Positions 12,910-26,063 of a stretch of 64,000 bases of DNA are shown in pieces. The stretch's first letter is position 1. Each line of letters starts with the position of its first letter. This stretch comes from Vermamoeba vermiformis (Eukaryota). Below the pieces are notes generated by a model. That model had not been told where the DNA came from. It made no database searches and was given only the letters and a program-made list of their open reading frames with translations. The position numbers were made by a program, and so were the translations under genes. The stretch spans positions 62,001 through 126,000 of the forward strand of contig JBEWZL010000220.1 in the NCBI GenBank assembly GCA_045837725.1. The letters run 5' to 3'.

Positions 12910-15900
12910 TTAACGACGACGCTTGCTAGAATCATCTTTATCGCGATCCGATCTGTCAGATCGCTCAAGAGTTTTCTTGACTTGATCCATCTGCTAAATA
13001 ACTCATAAGAAGCTAATTCACGAACAATATGTAATCGACTTACTCCGTAAGAGCGATCTAATCGCCGAGGACGACCACTGTCGCGGGGCTGTTGACAGCA
13101 TGGTTAGCTAAATCCGCTCGAGAACAACAACAGCAGTCACGCTACGTACCTCCTCTTTGACTTCCTTCTTATCTTTCTTCTCCAGTGCTCCTCGGCTGCT
13201 AGGTCGTTCAATCTCAACGATGCGAGAGCTAGATCTGGTGTCGTGCTCGCGCTCCTTGTGTCTCGAGCCACTGATGTTGTTGTTGCTGCTCGACTCTTTG
13301 TCGTCGCGACTGGGCTTGCGGTCACTGCTCGATGAGACGATCTTGTCACCCGTGGATCTTTCTCACGCTTGTCCTGGCCTGTTGCCGAGCTGCTGGATCC
13401 GGTGCGTGGGATTTTCTTCTCGCGGTCTGTGTTCAGTGCATTAGAATCAAGTAGTGACGATAATACTAAGTGCTATTACCATCTTCGAGCGCGCCTTCTT
13501 CTCGTGGCCGCTTAATAGCGCCAGACTCCTTCTTGACACTGACACTTGACGGGACTGACACTTTGACACTCGATGACACCTTTGGCACGTCACGCTCGCG
13601 ATCTTTGTTTGCAGACGAGGAGGGCACATCGTCTTTAGAGGTCTTTGCAACCTTTTCTGGTCGTTCAGAGCTGCTTCTCTCGCTCTGTCGTTTGCGCTTG
13701 AGGTCTGCGTCTTTGTCCTCGTGACTGGCGCTCTTGGTACTCTTGTGGTCTTTTGACTCGCGCTCTTTGGAGTTGCGTGATTCACTGAAGGGCAACAGTT
13801 AGACATTGCAATTAATTGGGCAGGTACACTCACGATTTGTGCTCAGATTTGCGGTCCTTAGACTCGTCGTGCTTGTGGGATTTGGACTTGCCTATTCAAA
13901 GTCAGTGAGTCAAGTGACTCGCCAAGTAAATTTTTGCAAAGCTTACTCTCGCCGTGAGATTTGCTGGATCCAGAAGTGTTGTTGTTGGCAGCTGGCTTGG
14001 GCTCAACTTCAAGGTCGAGATCTCGATTCATCTCATCGGCACTCATCATTGACGCTTTTTGTTGTTCAAGTTGCGCGGAATATCTGCGGAGTGTGTTAGC
14101 ACGAGGTACTTACAATCTAAAAATAGTCTCGCTCACCGTTGTGCGAGGGTCTTCAAGTCTTCATCGGTCTTGAGCGGCACAATGTTCTCTTCGATCTGAT
14201 CGGCGATTGGTCGATAGCTTGGATAGACTTGTACTAATTTGGTAAGTGCCAGCAAGGCAGATCTCATCTCAACGTATTGGCGACTTGACAGCATGTCAGT
14301 GAGGGCCTAAATTAGCTGTTAGCTTTCCAAATAAGGCTATTCCCGTCCACGTACTGTCAACAAGTTGTCACGCTCCCACGTGGCCAACATTTTGCGGTAG
14401 CCCTTGTAGTCAATGTTGTTCATGGCGGTCATGCCCGAAGCATCGAACAGATTGCGATCTAATCGCCATTTTTGGAAGGTGATCAGCACTTCTTTCACGA
14501 ACAGACCGACACGTGCTGCTTCTTGGTCTGTGCAGCCGTACAAGATCCAGCTCACCGAGTCGAAGAACTGCAAAGATTAGACGACTATATTTGGAAACTG
14601 AATGGCCGTACCTTGTTGCAGACATCGAGCAGGTTGTAGTTAGGCACTTGCAATTGGTGCAGCAAAAACAATATTTTGGCGCTGAACATGGCGTCTTCGA
14701 GTGTCATTTTCATGCGCGGAATGAGACACTGTTCTAAAAATAGATCGGCTGTCTCGGTGGTCCCTATAGCAACATCGGTTAGTTCTAAGAATAGCCACAA
14801 TGACACGTGTCACATACAGGTCGCGAACCAATTCTTCTTGTCCTGTTCGAGCTGTTTCATCACGTGCTTGTTCACGGTCTCAAAGCGCTTCAGTTCACTC
14901 TTCAGCTGTGAAATGCTCTCTTCGAGCAGTGTTTGCTGTTCTTTCTTCTGGCCAGGCTCAGCTTGTTTCTGTTGCTGTGCTTTCACGAACTGATTGTACT
15001 GTTCGACGGGCACGTGAATGTCTGACAGGCGCAGTGTCCAGAACGTCGCGTACCACTCCGCACTGACTATATTTAGTAATGGATCGACAATGACAAACAG
15101 ACTTTACCTTAAATGGTTCGTTTTGTCGTCGAACAGTTCTCTGACAGTGTCGACTAATTTGGCAGTGGGCGGTGCTGTCACTTGCTGTTGCACTTCTTCG
15201 CGCTGCACAACATCGGTCTATTTTTAGCGTTAGAGACAATGCTAAATATAGTAAATCAGTGTAACTTACGTAGAAGTGATTCATGAACGGTCGCAACAGG
15301 TGGAATGCATATTCAGAAGTCACGTGATACTGTTTGACAAGTGTTGCCAAATCAGGCAAGTGAGTGCGCAGTTCGGGCTTTTGAGTGAGCACGAGTTTCA
15401 TGAACGCTGCAAACTGCAATGTCGTCACGTGACCTTGATCGACAGCGTAGGCAGCGAGTTGAGCAGATGGCGGGGCATTGGGTCCATAAATAGACGCAGC
15501 ACGCAGTTGTGCAAAGGCTGCAAATAGCGGTGCTGGCCCAACTTTGATGGTGGCATCGGCGAGGGGTTCGTATTGACGGCGCGTCGGTGTGGGCTCGAGA
15601 CTGATTTGGGCTTGTGACTGCAAATACACCGTTCAGTGAATGAGATTCAATGAATGAATTTGACACGTGTCACATACCAGATCGTGCAGTACTTGTCCAG
15701 CACTCTGCGCGAGCACTTGTTCGTCGTAAATGTCTTCGAGCACGCGAATGTTGGCCATGTGCCCAATGATCTCGCTGATCACGAGCACTTGCCACGGGTT
15801 GTGATTGGTCCGAATCTGCTGCACCATGTACGTCAGCATGGACTTGAGTTCAATGCGCGAGCCAAACTTCTGGAACAAATAGCCGCAGAACTGCGACAGA

Positions 15901-18453
15901 CCCTGCAGCCACGTGGCAATGCTGAGTCCTTCTTCTTTGATCTCTTGTTTGGTCGACGAGACTAACTTCTCCAACAACAGATCTGCAGGCACGTGATCAG
16001 TACGATGACAGGTGTCACGTGTCACACGAGTACTTACAGCTGAGCACATCGCACGTGAGATTCGAGACGTATTTGACAGTGTCGACGACAGGCTTGATGA
16101 TGTTCGTGTAGGTCTGGATCTGGCCCAAGATCTGTTCGAAGGGCGGGAATGGTGCGCTGTGGGTGATGCGGCCCAATTGACGACCGATCGATCGCACATT
16201 GTCGGTGGAGATACGACTGCCAAATATAGACATTAGAACTGCACTATGCCGCGTGTCACTTGACGTACCGCAACAACTTCTTCGCTTCATTTGCAGCTTC
16301 AGCGCGGGAGATGATGAGCGCGGGATATTTCTGACTGGTCTTCCACTGATAATAGAGTCGGTAGCGCACTTCGTAGTGATAGTGCACGAGAATGTCCCAC
16401 ACTTCATTGCTCGCGGCTGGATTGGCGGGCAACAACTGCAGTGCGGGCATCAGCACGTCTGCGAGGATCACTTCGACCTCTTCCGTGAACTCTGCTGCGG
16501 GCTTGGGGGCACTCTAAATATAGCTCAGTGCCTGTCCTTATTAGTACACGATGGCAGCACGTACCTTCTTGAAGAAGTTCTTGAGCACACGACAGACCTT
16601 GAAGAACAATATCGTGTCCAAGTGCAAATAAGGACCGAGACACTTGAGCAGCGGGAAGATCAAGTGTTGCAGCTCAATGATGCTCGTGGCTTGGGGCTCA
16701 GTCTGCTTGACGTACTCTTTGGGTGTCTCTTTGTTGATGGACAGGCTAAAAATAGATTAGAAGACTAGAGCTATAAATAGCACTACGTACGGTCTGTAGA
16801 GCGGTTCAATCGTGTAGTGAATGCGCTGACACAATAGCGCGGCAATCTGCAAGTGAAACGTGTCAATGCGAGTGTTGCGCTAAGGGCTAATAATAGCACA
16901 TACCCCAGGGTGCTGTGCGGGGAAGTACGAGAAGAGTCGCTTCAACAAGACATCACTCGTCTTCCACTCGTGCACATCGAGCAGGGCCTCTAACAGTCCT
17001 AACTTCTGATTGGCCAGCTGTGCAAAGTGACACGTGTCAATGACTAATGTTCAGTGAACAGTGACACGTGTCACTCATAGCTACGTACCAGTGGCTTGAG
17101 TTGTTCCTCGCGCTCAGCTCGCTTGTCCTTCTTCTCATTGCTATTCGTCGCAGGTTTGGCAGTCAAATTCACCGCGCCAATAGTGCGCGCTTCTTTCTTC
17201 GCGTCCAAAATCTTTTTCTTGGCATCACTCGCCATCTCTTCGTCTTCGGGTTTCAACTGCGCTCAGTAGTCAGTGAGTTACCCATTCTATCTGCAAACAA
17301 CTGCAAAGACTACTCACGTGCGGATAGATCTCATCGAGCGCGAGCACTTGATGTTTGATCAGCGTTGCAGTCAAGCGATGCAAACTCTTCGGGGCCACGC
17401 GCTGCTCGCTCTGATAGAACTGATATTTGAAGCCGAGGATGTGCGCCAAATAGGCCTGCGGGAACATGTAGACGAGTGGCAAGAAGGCCGTGTTGTCAAT
17501 GTGTTGTTCAAAGGCGTCGAGTACAATGTCGAACACGCGGTTAGGATCGAGATCAAAGTGACCAATCAGCGCGCGCACATTGCCGCTGACACCGTGCACC
17601 GTGTTGGCGTCGAACGGTGTGTTGAGTTCAGTCAACAGCTTGGAATAGCCTTCATTCTCTTCGCGGACCAGGTTGAATTTGTTCTGCGTGAGACCGCGCT
17701 TGGTTCTGATGACTGCTTCTTTGCGCCCAAACACATCGGCATTGATTGCAATCACTTTGGCCTGTGCTAAGAAGTGTCGATCCAGCCGTTCTAACAACAT
17801 CTTGCGCGGCAAGAATCCTTGCTTCTATCATCGCGTGAGCATATTAGAGTGAAAATACACGGTTGAACTTACCATAGACTGCTGCACAAATTCGTAAAGG
17901 TTCTGCTTGATCTTTTCGTCTTTGACTTTGCGCTCAGTTTTGATTGCTGTCATAATAGCCCATTTAATATGGATATCATTGATTAACGCGATATATATTA
18001 CCTATTAGCCAAATCACATCCACCACTACTGATGCGAGGTCTTTGAATATGGCCTGTGTGTATAATTAGAAATGTCGTAAATTTTTCTTTGGATAGAAAA
18101 ATTATTTCATGCAAATTATCGTTGTTAATATGAATGCTATAGCTAAATAATAGAATTAAAATTATTTAAAAATAATTACCAATTCTTCGCTTTTGAGAAA
18201 TTGAATAACTTTATCGATCACCAATCGACCAGCTAGAATTGCATCAATCACTTCAAATATAATCTTTTTAAATACTCTGCGTGACTCCATATCTTTGCTT
18301 TCATAGCCCTGATGAATGGAGTTGAGATCCACCATCCTACAAAGTCAGAGATCAGTAAGCATCCCGTACGATTTCCACAGTTAATATAGCATACAATTTG
18401 GCTTTCCCCTTCTCCCAGTCCTTAGTGACTTGATCAGTCACATATTCTGCCAT
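12910..18453 (-). CDS. THOC2: THO complex subunit 2, many exons
   Basis: QNKFNLVREENEGYSKLLTEL, ALIGHFDLDPNRVFDIVLDAFE, LQLLPANPAASNEVW, WLQGLSQFCG, FLEQCLIPR, and a charged low-complexity C-terminus ending SSKRRR*. Confidence 0.95.
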
Positions 18454-18609
18454 TGTGGTAGTGTTCTGAGGTGCAACTAAAATAATGTTCCACCGTAACA
18501 TCCGAAAGACTTAATGGAAACTGGGGTACTATCCGGCACTTACATTGCCGATACCAGATTGGATATATGCTAAGAGGCTTGATTAACAAAATAATGCGCT
18601 ACTTGTTCT

Positions 18610-19791
18610 TTATTTAGGTCCAAATTTCTCGTTGTACAACTGCTTGATCTCAGGCTTAGCTTCCATAAGGGCTATAATCTGCTCTCTATTGTTCTTATAT
18701 GCCGCATCTAACACTCGAGCAGGCTCGTATCCGCGATTCGAGTCCAGCAACACTTTGAACATGTCAATGGCGCGCGGAGATTCAGAGAGTAGCATCAGCA
18801 GCGAGACGACTCTTCTGCCCACCACACACGGCGAGTCCTCCGCCCCTGCATCGAGCAGCATATTCAACACTTCTAAGCTGCGCACAAAGTGGATGGGTCT
18901 GTCCATCAAGCGATAATTTCCTTCGGCTTTAGCACCGTACTTCAACAACAACTTGATCATTCTAATCGAATTGTTCTTCACTGCTAAATATAGTGGTGGC
19001 AGTTCGACTTCACTGTCCACATTTGGATCGGCTCCAGATTGCATCAAGAGTTCGGCAATTTGACACGTGTCATCGTACTTGGACGCCTGGTGCAAGTAAG
19101 TGACGTGGCAAAATGAATCCATCAACTTGGGGTCATGCATGCCAGCTTTGAATAACATGCAGCTGATTTGATCCCAACCCTGTTCAATCGCAAGCTTTAG
19201 CAAATCTAGTTTTGCTGGATCTTTCTTGAGCAGTTTATGCGCCAGTAGTGCTTTGACTAACGATCGATGGCCATAAAATACGCCATAATATGTCTTGCCC
19301 ATTAATATTTTATCGAACTCTTTCTGTTGTTCTTCGGTAGCAGCCTCGTTCTTTTCTGCAAGTAATTGACGGATCAGATCTGACAGCGAGAACTTCTCTA
19401 AATCCTCGTCTGACATGTTGTTCGGCACACTATCGAGTTCTCGAGTTCTATTCCAGTGCTTCAAATTCACCGCAAACGAGGTTACTCTTTTGTAAAGTTC
19501 TCGCCAAGTCCATGTCGTTGACTCTTCAAAGCCTCGTTGAACCTCAGGCAGGCCTCCATAATAACGTCCATAGCGCAGTCTCCAAGTCATATCGGGAAGG
19601 GCTTCGATGGTAGTTTTAAATGAGTGACAGATCTCCCGACATCTAGCGACATCTTCAATCGCGCAATAATTCTTGAATATAATCGAGGATAATTCTTGCG
19701 GCATGGTTAATAATCCAAGGACCTCATTTCCATTGAGCTGATCCATCTCGAGTTGATTCTGCAATATGATGTGTGGAGCTGTGTAGTTCAT
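18610..19791 (-). CDS. Intronless F-box + ankyrin-repeat protein (393 aa)
   Basis: F-box-like LLTMPQELSSIIFKNYCAIEDVARCREICHSF...W, followed by ankyrin repeats (TYLHQAS...LLMQSGADPN; PPLYLAVKNNSIRMIKLLLKYGAK; RPIHFV...LLDAGA). Single uninterrupted ORF. Confidence 0.85.
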   Translation of the reverse strand: MNYTAPHIILQNQLEMDQLNGNEVLGLLTMPQELSSIIFKNYCAIEDVARCREICHSFKTTIEALPDMTWRLRYGRYYGGLPEVQRGFEESTTWTWRELYKRVTSFAVNLKHWNRTRELDSVPNNMSDEDLEKFSLSDLIRQLLAEKNEAATEEQQKEFDKILMGKTYYGVFYGHRSLVKALLAHKLLKKDPAKLDLLKLAIEQGWDQISCMLFKAGMHDPKLMDSFCHVTYLHQASKYDDTCQIAELLMQSGADPNVDSEVELPPLYLAVKNNSIRMIKLLLKYGAKAEGNYRLMDRPIHFVRSLEVLNMLLDAGAEDSPCVVGRRVVSLLMLLSESPRAIDMFKVLLDSNRGYEPARVLDAAYKNNREQIIALMEAKPEIKQLYNEKFGPK

Positions 19792-19995
19792 TAGAAGACT
19801 GTTATGATAATCAACTAGACATGATTCGCTTATTTAAGGCGTGGTCTATGTTACCTACAGGACTGAAAGTGCCCAAGTGACTTTTGTCAACATTCTTTTA
19901 AAGTGTCGCGCGAGCAACGGCACTCGATTAAGGTACCCAACATGAGTGCAGGCATTATGATAAGGTGCTATATTACATCGATTTATTCGACCACG

Positions 19996-21499
19996 TTACG
20001 ACGAAAAGACATATTCAGCCACGAACACGTGCATAATTTTCTGAATGTCGAGCACGGCAGGCAGATCGAGGTGCTTCAAATCATCGCTGGCACGGTGCCA
20101 CTGCGGTGGGAAGGGCGTTACAATCAAGTGCACTATGGGCACATCGCGCTGCAAGAAAGGCACGTGATCATCTTCAATCGGATAGTGGTGCAAGCGCTGC
20201 GATTTGAAGAAAGTGCCAGGAGTAGTGACCCTATTGCCTTATTAGTACATATCGCTGCATCGATCGCTCAGCACTGACACGTGTCACACTTACAACTTGA
20301 GCTTGCGCAGTCGTTGTTCGACAGCGACCAAGAGATCAAACTTGTGGTCAGTCTTCTCGAAGAAGCTGTGAAAGGCCGCGTTGGGTGCCCCGACCAGATC
20401 CAACAACACGAACAGCTCAATGTTCTGCAGCTCCGTCTGAGACACCTGTTAGCGAGACTAAGCACAGCAACAGCGCACTCACCTTGCCGTTCACACCAGC
20501 AGTGTCCGCCATCTTTGCAGCCAAGTGTCGCGAGCCATAGCTGTGCACACAAGTGTCAGCACCTCACCACTGCACATCACCGCCAGTCACTTACAGCGAG
20601 TCAGTCTTGGTCCACATCTTGAAGGCCTCTTCGCCGTCAAAGAAGATCAACTTGATGCCGTCTAATAGGCCAGCATATTAGTCTCGTGTCTCGTGCTAGC
20701 ATTGTACTCACATCCAGGCTTGAGTGTGCCAGTGATGTCAATGTGTCGCGCGAGGTCCAACAACATGGCGCACGGCACTGCAGAGTCGGTGGCAGCCACG
20801 AACACAAAGTCCTGGTGCACGGTGCGTGAGTACTATTAAGTGAGACTACTACTGGTACTGGTACTGACCTTGAACAGCTTGGAGTCGTAGTGCGCGGACA
20901 GGACGAGGTAGTTCTCAACAGGGTCTGCGGGATAGGTCGCTATAATATTCGTGAACTTCTTGTCGCCAATCACCGTGTTCTGTTCGAAACTGTCCAGATG
21001 TACCTGGCAACCAACGGGTGAGCTTGAGTATAGCAAGCATAGTTATAGTGCGTACTGTAAAATAGGTCTTATGCAACTCGCTGATGATATAGTTCTGCAC
21101 TACAGTGTGTTCTGGCGTGTCTGGTACACGCACCACGGCAATGTTTTTCAGATCTGTATCGAAATTGTCTGCAGTAATCTTACTGCTAATTTCCTAAATA
21201 TAATATTATTGTCAATAATAATGGCGATCTCAAATTATTATTAATTTAAAGCTTAACCGATTAAATTATTATGGATAATTTGATTATTCCGCCTAACTTT
21301 CATATGCTGATAAAACCCGTTATAATACCTTGACTTTAGACAATGGTAATTTATATGGACCAGTGGGCTCTGATAGCACCGGATCTGATCGTCGTGGTGC
21401 TCCAAAGGCGGAGTCAAAGGTGGTGAACCACACTAGCGCTACCAGTACAAAAAACGATGTAAATACAGTCACAGCTGTTCTCTTTGTCATTCTTAGCAT
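19996..21499 (-). CDS. QPCTL: Glutaminyl-peptide cyclotransferase (M28 family), N-terminally anchored isoQC type
   Basis: LSAHYDSK, AATDSAVPCA, IFFDGEEAF, LLDLVG, IEDDHVPF, FPPQWH...D. The N-terminal hydrophobic anchor is AVTVFTSFFVLVALVWF. Confidence 0.88.
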
Positions 21500-21586
21500 T
21501 GAAATCCTAGTAATTAACTGAATTCAATTGGTGTGCTGTGTTGTGCAGTGGATGTGAGACAAAAAAAACAGCAGTCGCTTATTACT

Positions 21587-22825
21587 ATGTTACGTGCCAC
21601 ACAACGCGTGTGCAAGTCTTCAATATTTAATACTACAGTAACAAAGGCACCCAGGCGCTTCGGCAATCAAAGCAGATCAGTTTTTTCAGCCATGTCAATT
21701 TCAAATTCTGCATCAAATAACAGCATTAGAGTAAGTTACAATTTATTATAGAGAAATTGCAAATATAATTCAGTAATATAGTGTATAATCAAGCTCGCCC
21801 ACACGATTAATGAATAATTGCCTTAAAATAATTTTATTCGTGACACAGCCCTAATTAACTTATTATACTGCCAGTGCGTTACACCTGAGCAAGCAGCAGC
21901 TATAGACGCAGACTTGATGAGCCCCGAAGTCGGATTCAGACTCGAACAATTGATGGAGCTCGCAGGACTGAGTTGTGCTGCAGCATTGAGTCGTGTCTAT
22001 CCTCGCGACAAATACGCGCGTGTGCTGGTAGTGGCTGGACCAGGCAGTACGTCTATAATGCTCAATAATAATAGGGACCGTACTGATGTCGCGCAGACAA
22101 CGGTGGTGATGCACTGGTAGCCGCACGACACTTGCAGCACTTCGGCTACAGACCGCACGTGATCTATCCCAAGCCCACGCACAACACGCTTTATTTGGTA
22201 GGACTTGCCTAATTAGGTAATACGTCACCTGACACTCACCACACAGACACTGCTCGCACAACTCAAGTACATGCACGTGCCAGTGAGCGACCAGTTCAGT
22301 GAAAAAGACATTCATGAACACGATGTGGTACTCGACGGCATCTTCGGCTTCAGTTTCAAGGGGGAAGTGCGCGCACCATTCGACGCGGTGATCAAGGTAC
22401 GATGTGCGGCTATATTTAGCACTCAATTATTGCACTAATTTCATTTGCAGACCCTCAATAGCAGCACCTTGCCTATTGTCAGCATTGATATTCCTTCAGG
22501 CTGGGATGTTTCCCAGGGCAATGTCTCAGGTCAGGGTTTGACACGTGTCGACTTGTTAGGTATGCAGAGCTAAATATAGACCTCACACGCACTCACTGCC
22601 AAATATAGTATCGCTCACTGCACCCAAGCCCTGTGCCAAGCTGTTCAAGGGCACGCACTATCTGGGCGGCAGATTTGTGCCCGAGTAAGTGTTTCGTGCT
22701 GCTGTCCTCTGCTGTCGCATTGACCACTCGACAGTGCTCTGCGCGACAAGTACCGCCTGACCATTCCTGCGTACAGTGGGGCTGAGCAGTGCGTGGAGAT
22801 CACTCACTGTGCCCTGGTGGATTGA
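21587..22825 (+). CDS. NAXE: NAD(P)H-hydrate epimerase (YjeF_N), multi-exon
   Basis: [61 protein letters not shown]. Arg-rich N-terminal presequence followed by a second Met (MSISNS). Confidence 0.92.
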
Positions 22826-22887
22826 AATAAATGTGCAGCACGTGCTTGACTGACTTCCAAATAAGGAGAATGGCGCGTTTATTCCCA

Positions 22888-23752
22888 TCACAGTGTGTCA
22901 TCGAGTTCGTACGGCATCACCGCGCGGTCCAGTGGTTTGATCGACTTCTTGTGCACATCGCGCGGCAGTGCTTTCCGCATGTCTGCACAGTGGTCAGTGG
23001 GGGCTGCAGTCAGTGTCATGCCGCTCAATACGTACCGAATGCGTCCTCCTCGCCCGAGTAATAGTTCGTGACTGTTCTATACACCGAGTAGCCTAGTGTC
23101 TTGTACATGTTTATCGCCACTGAATTTGATTTGCGCACGAACAGATCTACAAAGTACGCGTTGTGACTGTCATATGCGCGCATTAGTTAAGCTGCATGCA
23201 CGTCATTAATATCGTAGTAATGTACGCACATCTTTTCAGACACGAGTTCGCAGAGATTCATCAACTTGCGCGCCACACCGTAGCGGCGGAATTCAGGACC
23301 AACAGTGATTGCTGTCACATGTCCGTGCCACTTCTCTCCAGGTCCTTCTGCCTTGCCATATACTAAATATAGTATTAGTCGGCAGTAATAGCTCATTAGA
23401 CACGTCAAAAAAATAAATTAAAAAATTTAAAAAATTATACGCGCTTTAAATATTCATTTCGCAACATAATATCGTAACCAATGTACTCTGTAGTGTATAA
23501 TAATATCTCTGATTTTTTCTTACAATATCCGACGACTCTGCTGCCGATCGAGTCCACTACGTAGTTGTATTCGGGCCATGTAACTAAATATTGCAAGTAG
23601 AATCCCAAATTGTACTGTTTTGATAATATTCCATGAGTCTAAGGTCTAATCCAACCAAGCTACTTTCGCCCTACCGTTTCAGTGTACGCATCCAGATTCA
23701 CGTTGTTGAAGCGCAACAAATCGTTGCATGTAAATTGCCTGGTTGTGGTCAT
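22888..23752 (-). CDS. NAA20: N-alpha-acetyltransferase 20 (NatB catalytic subunit)
   Basis: MTTTRQFTCNDLLRFNNVNLDAYTET, GKAEG..WHGHVTAITVGPEFRR, FVDLFVRKSN, EEDAF/DMRKALPRD. Confidence 0.95.
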
Positions 23753-24030
23753 TTTAAGTCTGTTATATTCTCAAGAAAGTTCAGTTGTACGTGCAAACTT
23801 GGCCTTTATCAATTTTATGCGGCCAGAAAAAGTCAGAAAAAACTGAGATAGGCAGACATAAATAGAGAATTCTGCGGCCTGTCATTTTCAACCTTGCGTT
23901 ACTAAGGTACCACGCATCATTCAACTAGCCGTGCCGGTCAGCCCTGCCAGTCTCGACTAGTACCTGTTCTTGTTGAATTTTGTGTGCCCTTTTTAACTCT
24001 CGCTCCATCCAACAACTTTATTTCTTTACC

Positions 24031-25878
24031 ATGGCCCTATTCAATGGTATTTCATTTGCCACCGATCTTGGCATCGCTCCTCTCAAGCAGAAGTCAGCGC
24101 TCAAAGAGCTAATTGTGCAGAATGGAGGCTCTGTTTCTCTGATGCTCACCAAAACGGTAAGCAATAATTATGATTACCTTTAATAATTATGTACACAATT
24201 AATACGTACATATTTGTAGACGCAGTTTTTTGTCGTTACGGAGGAGTTGCTCAGTAAATCCAGCTCTAAAATAGACACGGCCAAGAAGTACGGCGTGTCC
24301 GTTATTACCAATGTCTTTTTAGAAGAGTGTGTACGCAATAACAAACCACTCGTGTCCAAACCCCAACCAGAACCAGTAAGTAACCGTTGCAACCCGTTGT
24401 TACTCGTGCTCACCACTGCTGCATCACAGGCCCCTGTTTCAGCCACTTCAACCACCTCTTCGGCACAGAAAGAAGAAGAGCTCAAGGCGAAACAACTGAA
24501 GCTCGAGGCTTCTCTGGTAGCTGGCTGCCTCTTCACCGGTCTGCAGCAAATCCGTGCTGTTGGCGCGGGTCTTTTGCAGTCCGATGAACTCAAGACTATT
24601 ACACTCGGTCCCAATCCCCGTTCTCCCTTCAAAACTGCTCAACATCAACTCGCTCAAGCACTGCATGTCGTTGCTCATCGCAGCGTCGTGCAAATGAATC
24701 GCTTGCGCGAAACTCGTCTTCAACAACGTCAAGCAGGTGCCGCTGAACTTGAAGCACAACGTCGTGCTCAACTTCAAGCGCAACGCGAAGCTCAAGAGGC
24801 TCGTCGTGCTCGCGAACTTCGTGAGCAACAAGAGGCCCGTGAACTCGCCCCTGAACGATTACATCATCTCGTGGGCCGAGTGCTGTCTGGTCTGACAGAC
24901 CCTGACATGAATGAAGTGCCCAGAATTCAAGGCAAGGTGACTGGCATGTTGCTGGAGACCTTTGACGGTGATCTCACTCGCCTCGCCAACACCCTCGATG
25001 ACAACGAGAAGAGTTTAGTGCCCACGATCAAAGAGGCTGTGGATCTGCTCCTCAAGGGTATCAAAGACCAACGTGCTGCGCGTGAACGAGAGCAACAATC
25101 ACGTGAGGCTGCCGAGCGTAGTCTCAATTACAAGACTCGGCAACGACGTGAAGCTGAAGCTCGCGTCACAGTCGAGTCCTCAGCCCCTGCCACTGAATAC
25201 GAACGACATTTCCCTGCCCTGCCCTTCACTCGCGAGCCCACAGTTGTCTCTAAGACTTGGGCTGATTTATTTAAGATCAAGTACCTCGGCGCTGAACAGC
25301 TGCCTGAAGAGGTCACCAAGGCACTCAGTGTCAGCACTGAGCCTGCACCCAACACCGTTAATTTTGCAGCGGTGACTGTTGGTGCTGCCGTGCCCAAAGC
25401 TGAACCTGAAGTTGAGAAGAAAGACAGCGGTGCTGGTCGCAAATTATTTGTGAGCAACATCGACTTCTCGGACATTCAACTCAAGGCCCAGGACAAGAAG
25501 AATGGTCCCTGGACCAGCGACAAGATTGATCTCGTCACGCGCGAGCGACGCATTGAATTGATTGCCCTGTTCAAGCAATTCGGCCAAGTGGTCGATGTGC
25601 AAGAGCACTGGGCTGATCGATACATCTTCGTCACCTTCGCCCGTGTCGCTGATTGCAAACGAGCGCTGAACACGCTCAAACACTACGAGAAGAGAAAGGG
25701 TCTCGTGCGTGAAGTTCGAGCCAGATTGCGCGACAAGAAGCAAGAGCCACTTGCTGCGCCTAAGGCCAACTTCTACGTGCGCTATCCCAAGTTCTTCACA
25801 CGTATGTTGGACAAGAAGAAACAGAAAAAAATAGCTGCTGTCAACGAGTCGGATCAAGACTCCGATCCCCGTGACTAA
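24031..25878 (+). CDS. Protein with BRCT, coiled-coil, MLLE(PABC)-like and RRM domains
   Basis: BRCT LKELIVQNGGSVS...AKKYGVSVITNVFLEECV; MLLE-like GKVTGMLLE...IKEAVDLL; RRM with RNP2 KLFVSNI and RNP1-like YIFVTF. Introns at ~24157-24219 and an in-frame 54-nt intron at 24376-24429. Confidence 0.75.
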
Positions 25879-26063
25879 ACTTGTCTGTGGGAATGCGGTG
25901 TGAATTTTGTGCATTTGTTTGTAAAGTGTTAATAATTTCTTAGAATAAAGTATTGCTTGCTTTCAGGTCGGTGTCTGCTAATATTTGCTTGCTGTTTTTG
26001 TTCGTGCCAGTTTGAATTGCAAATTTGATCGGAGCGCCACAAGTCACTCGAAATGAATGAGTA

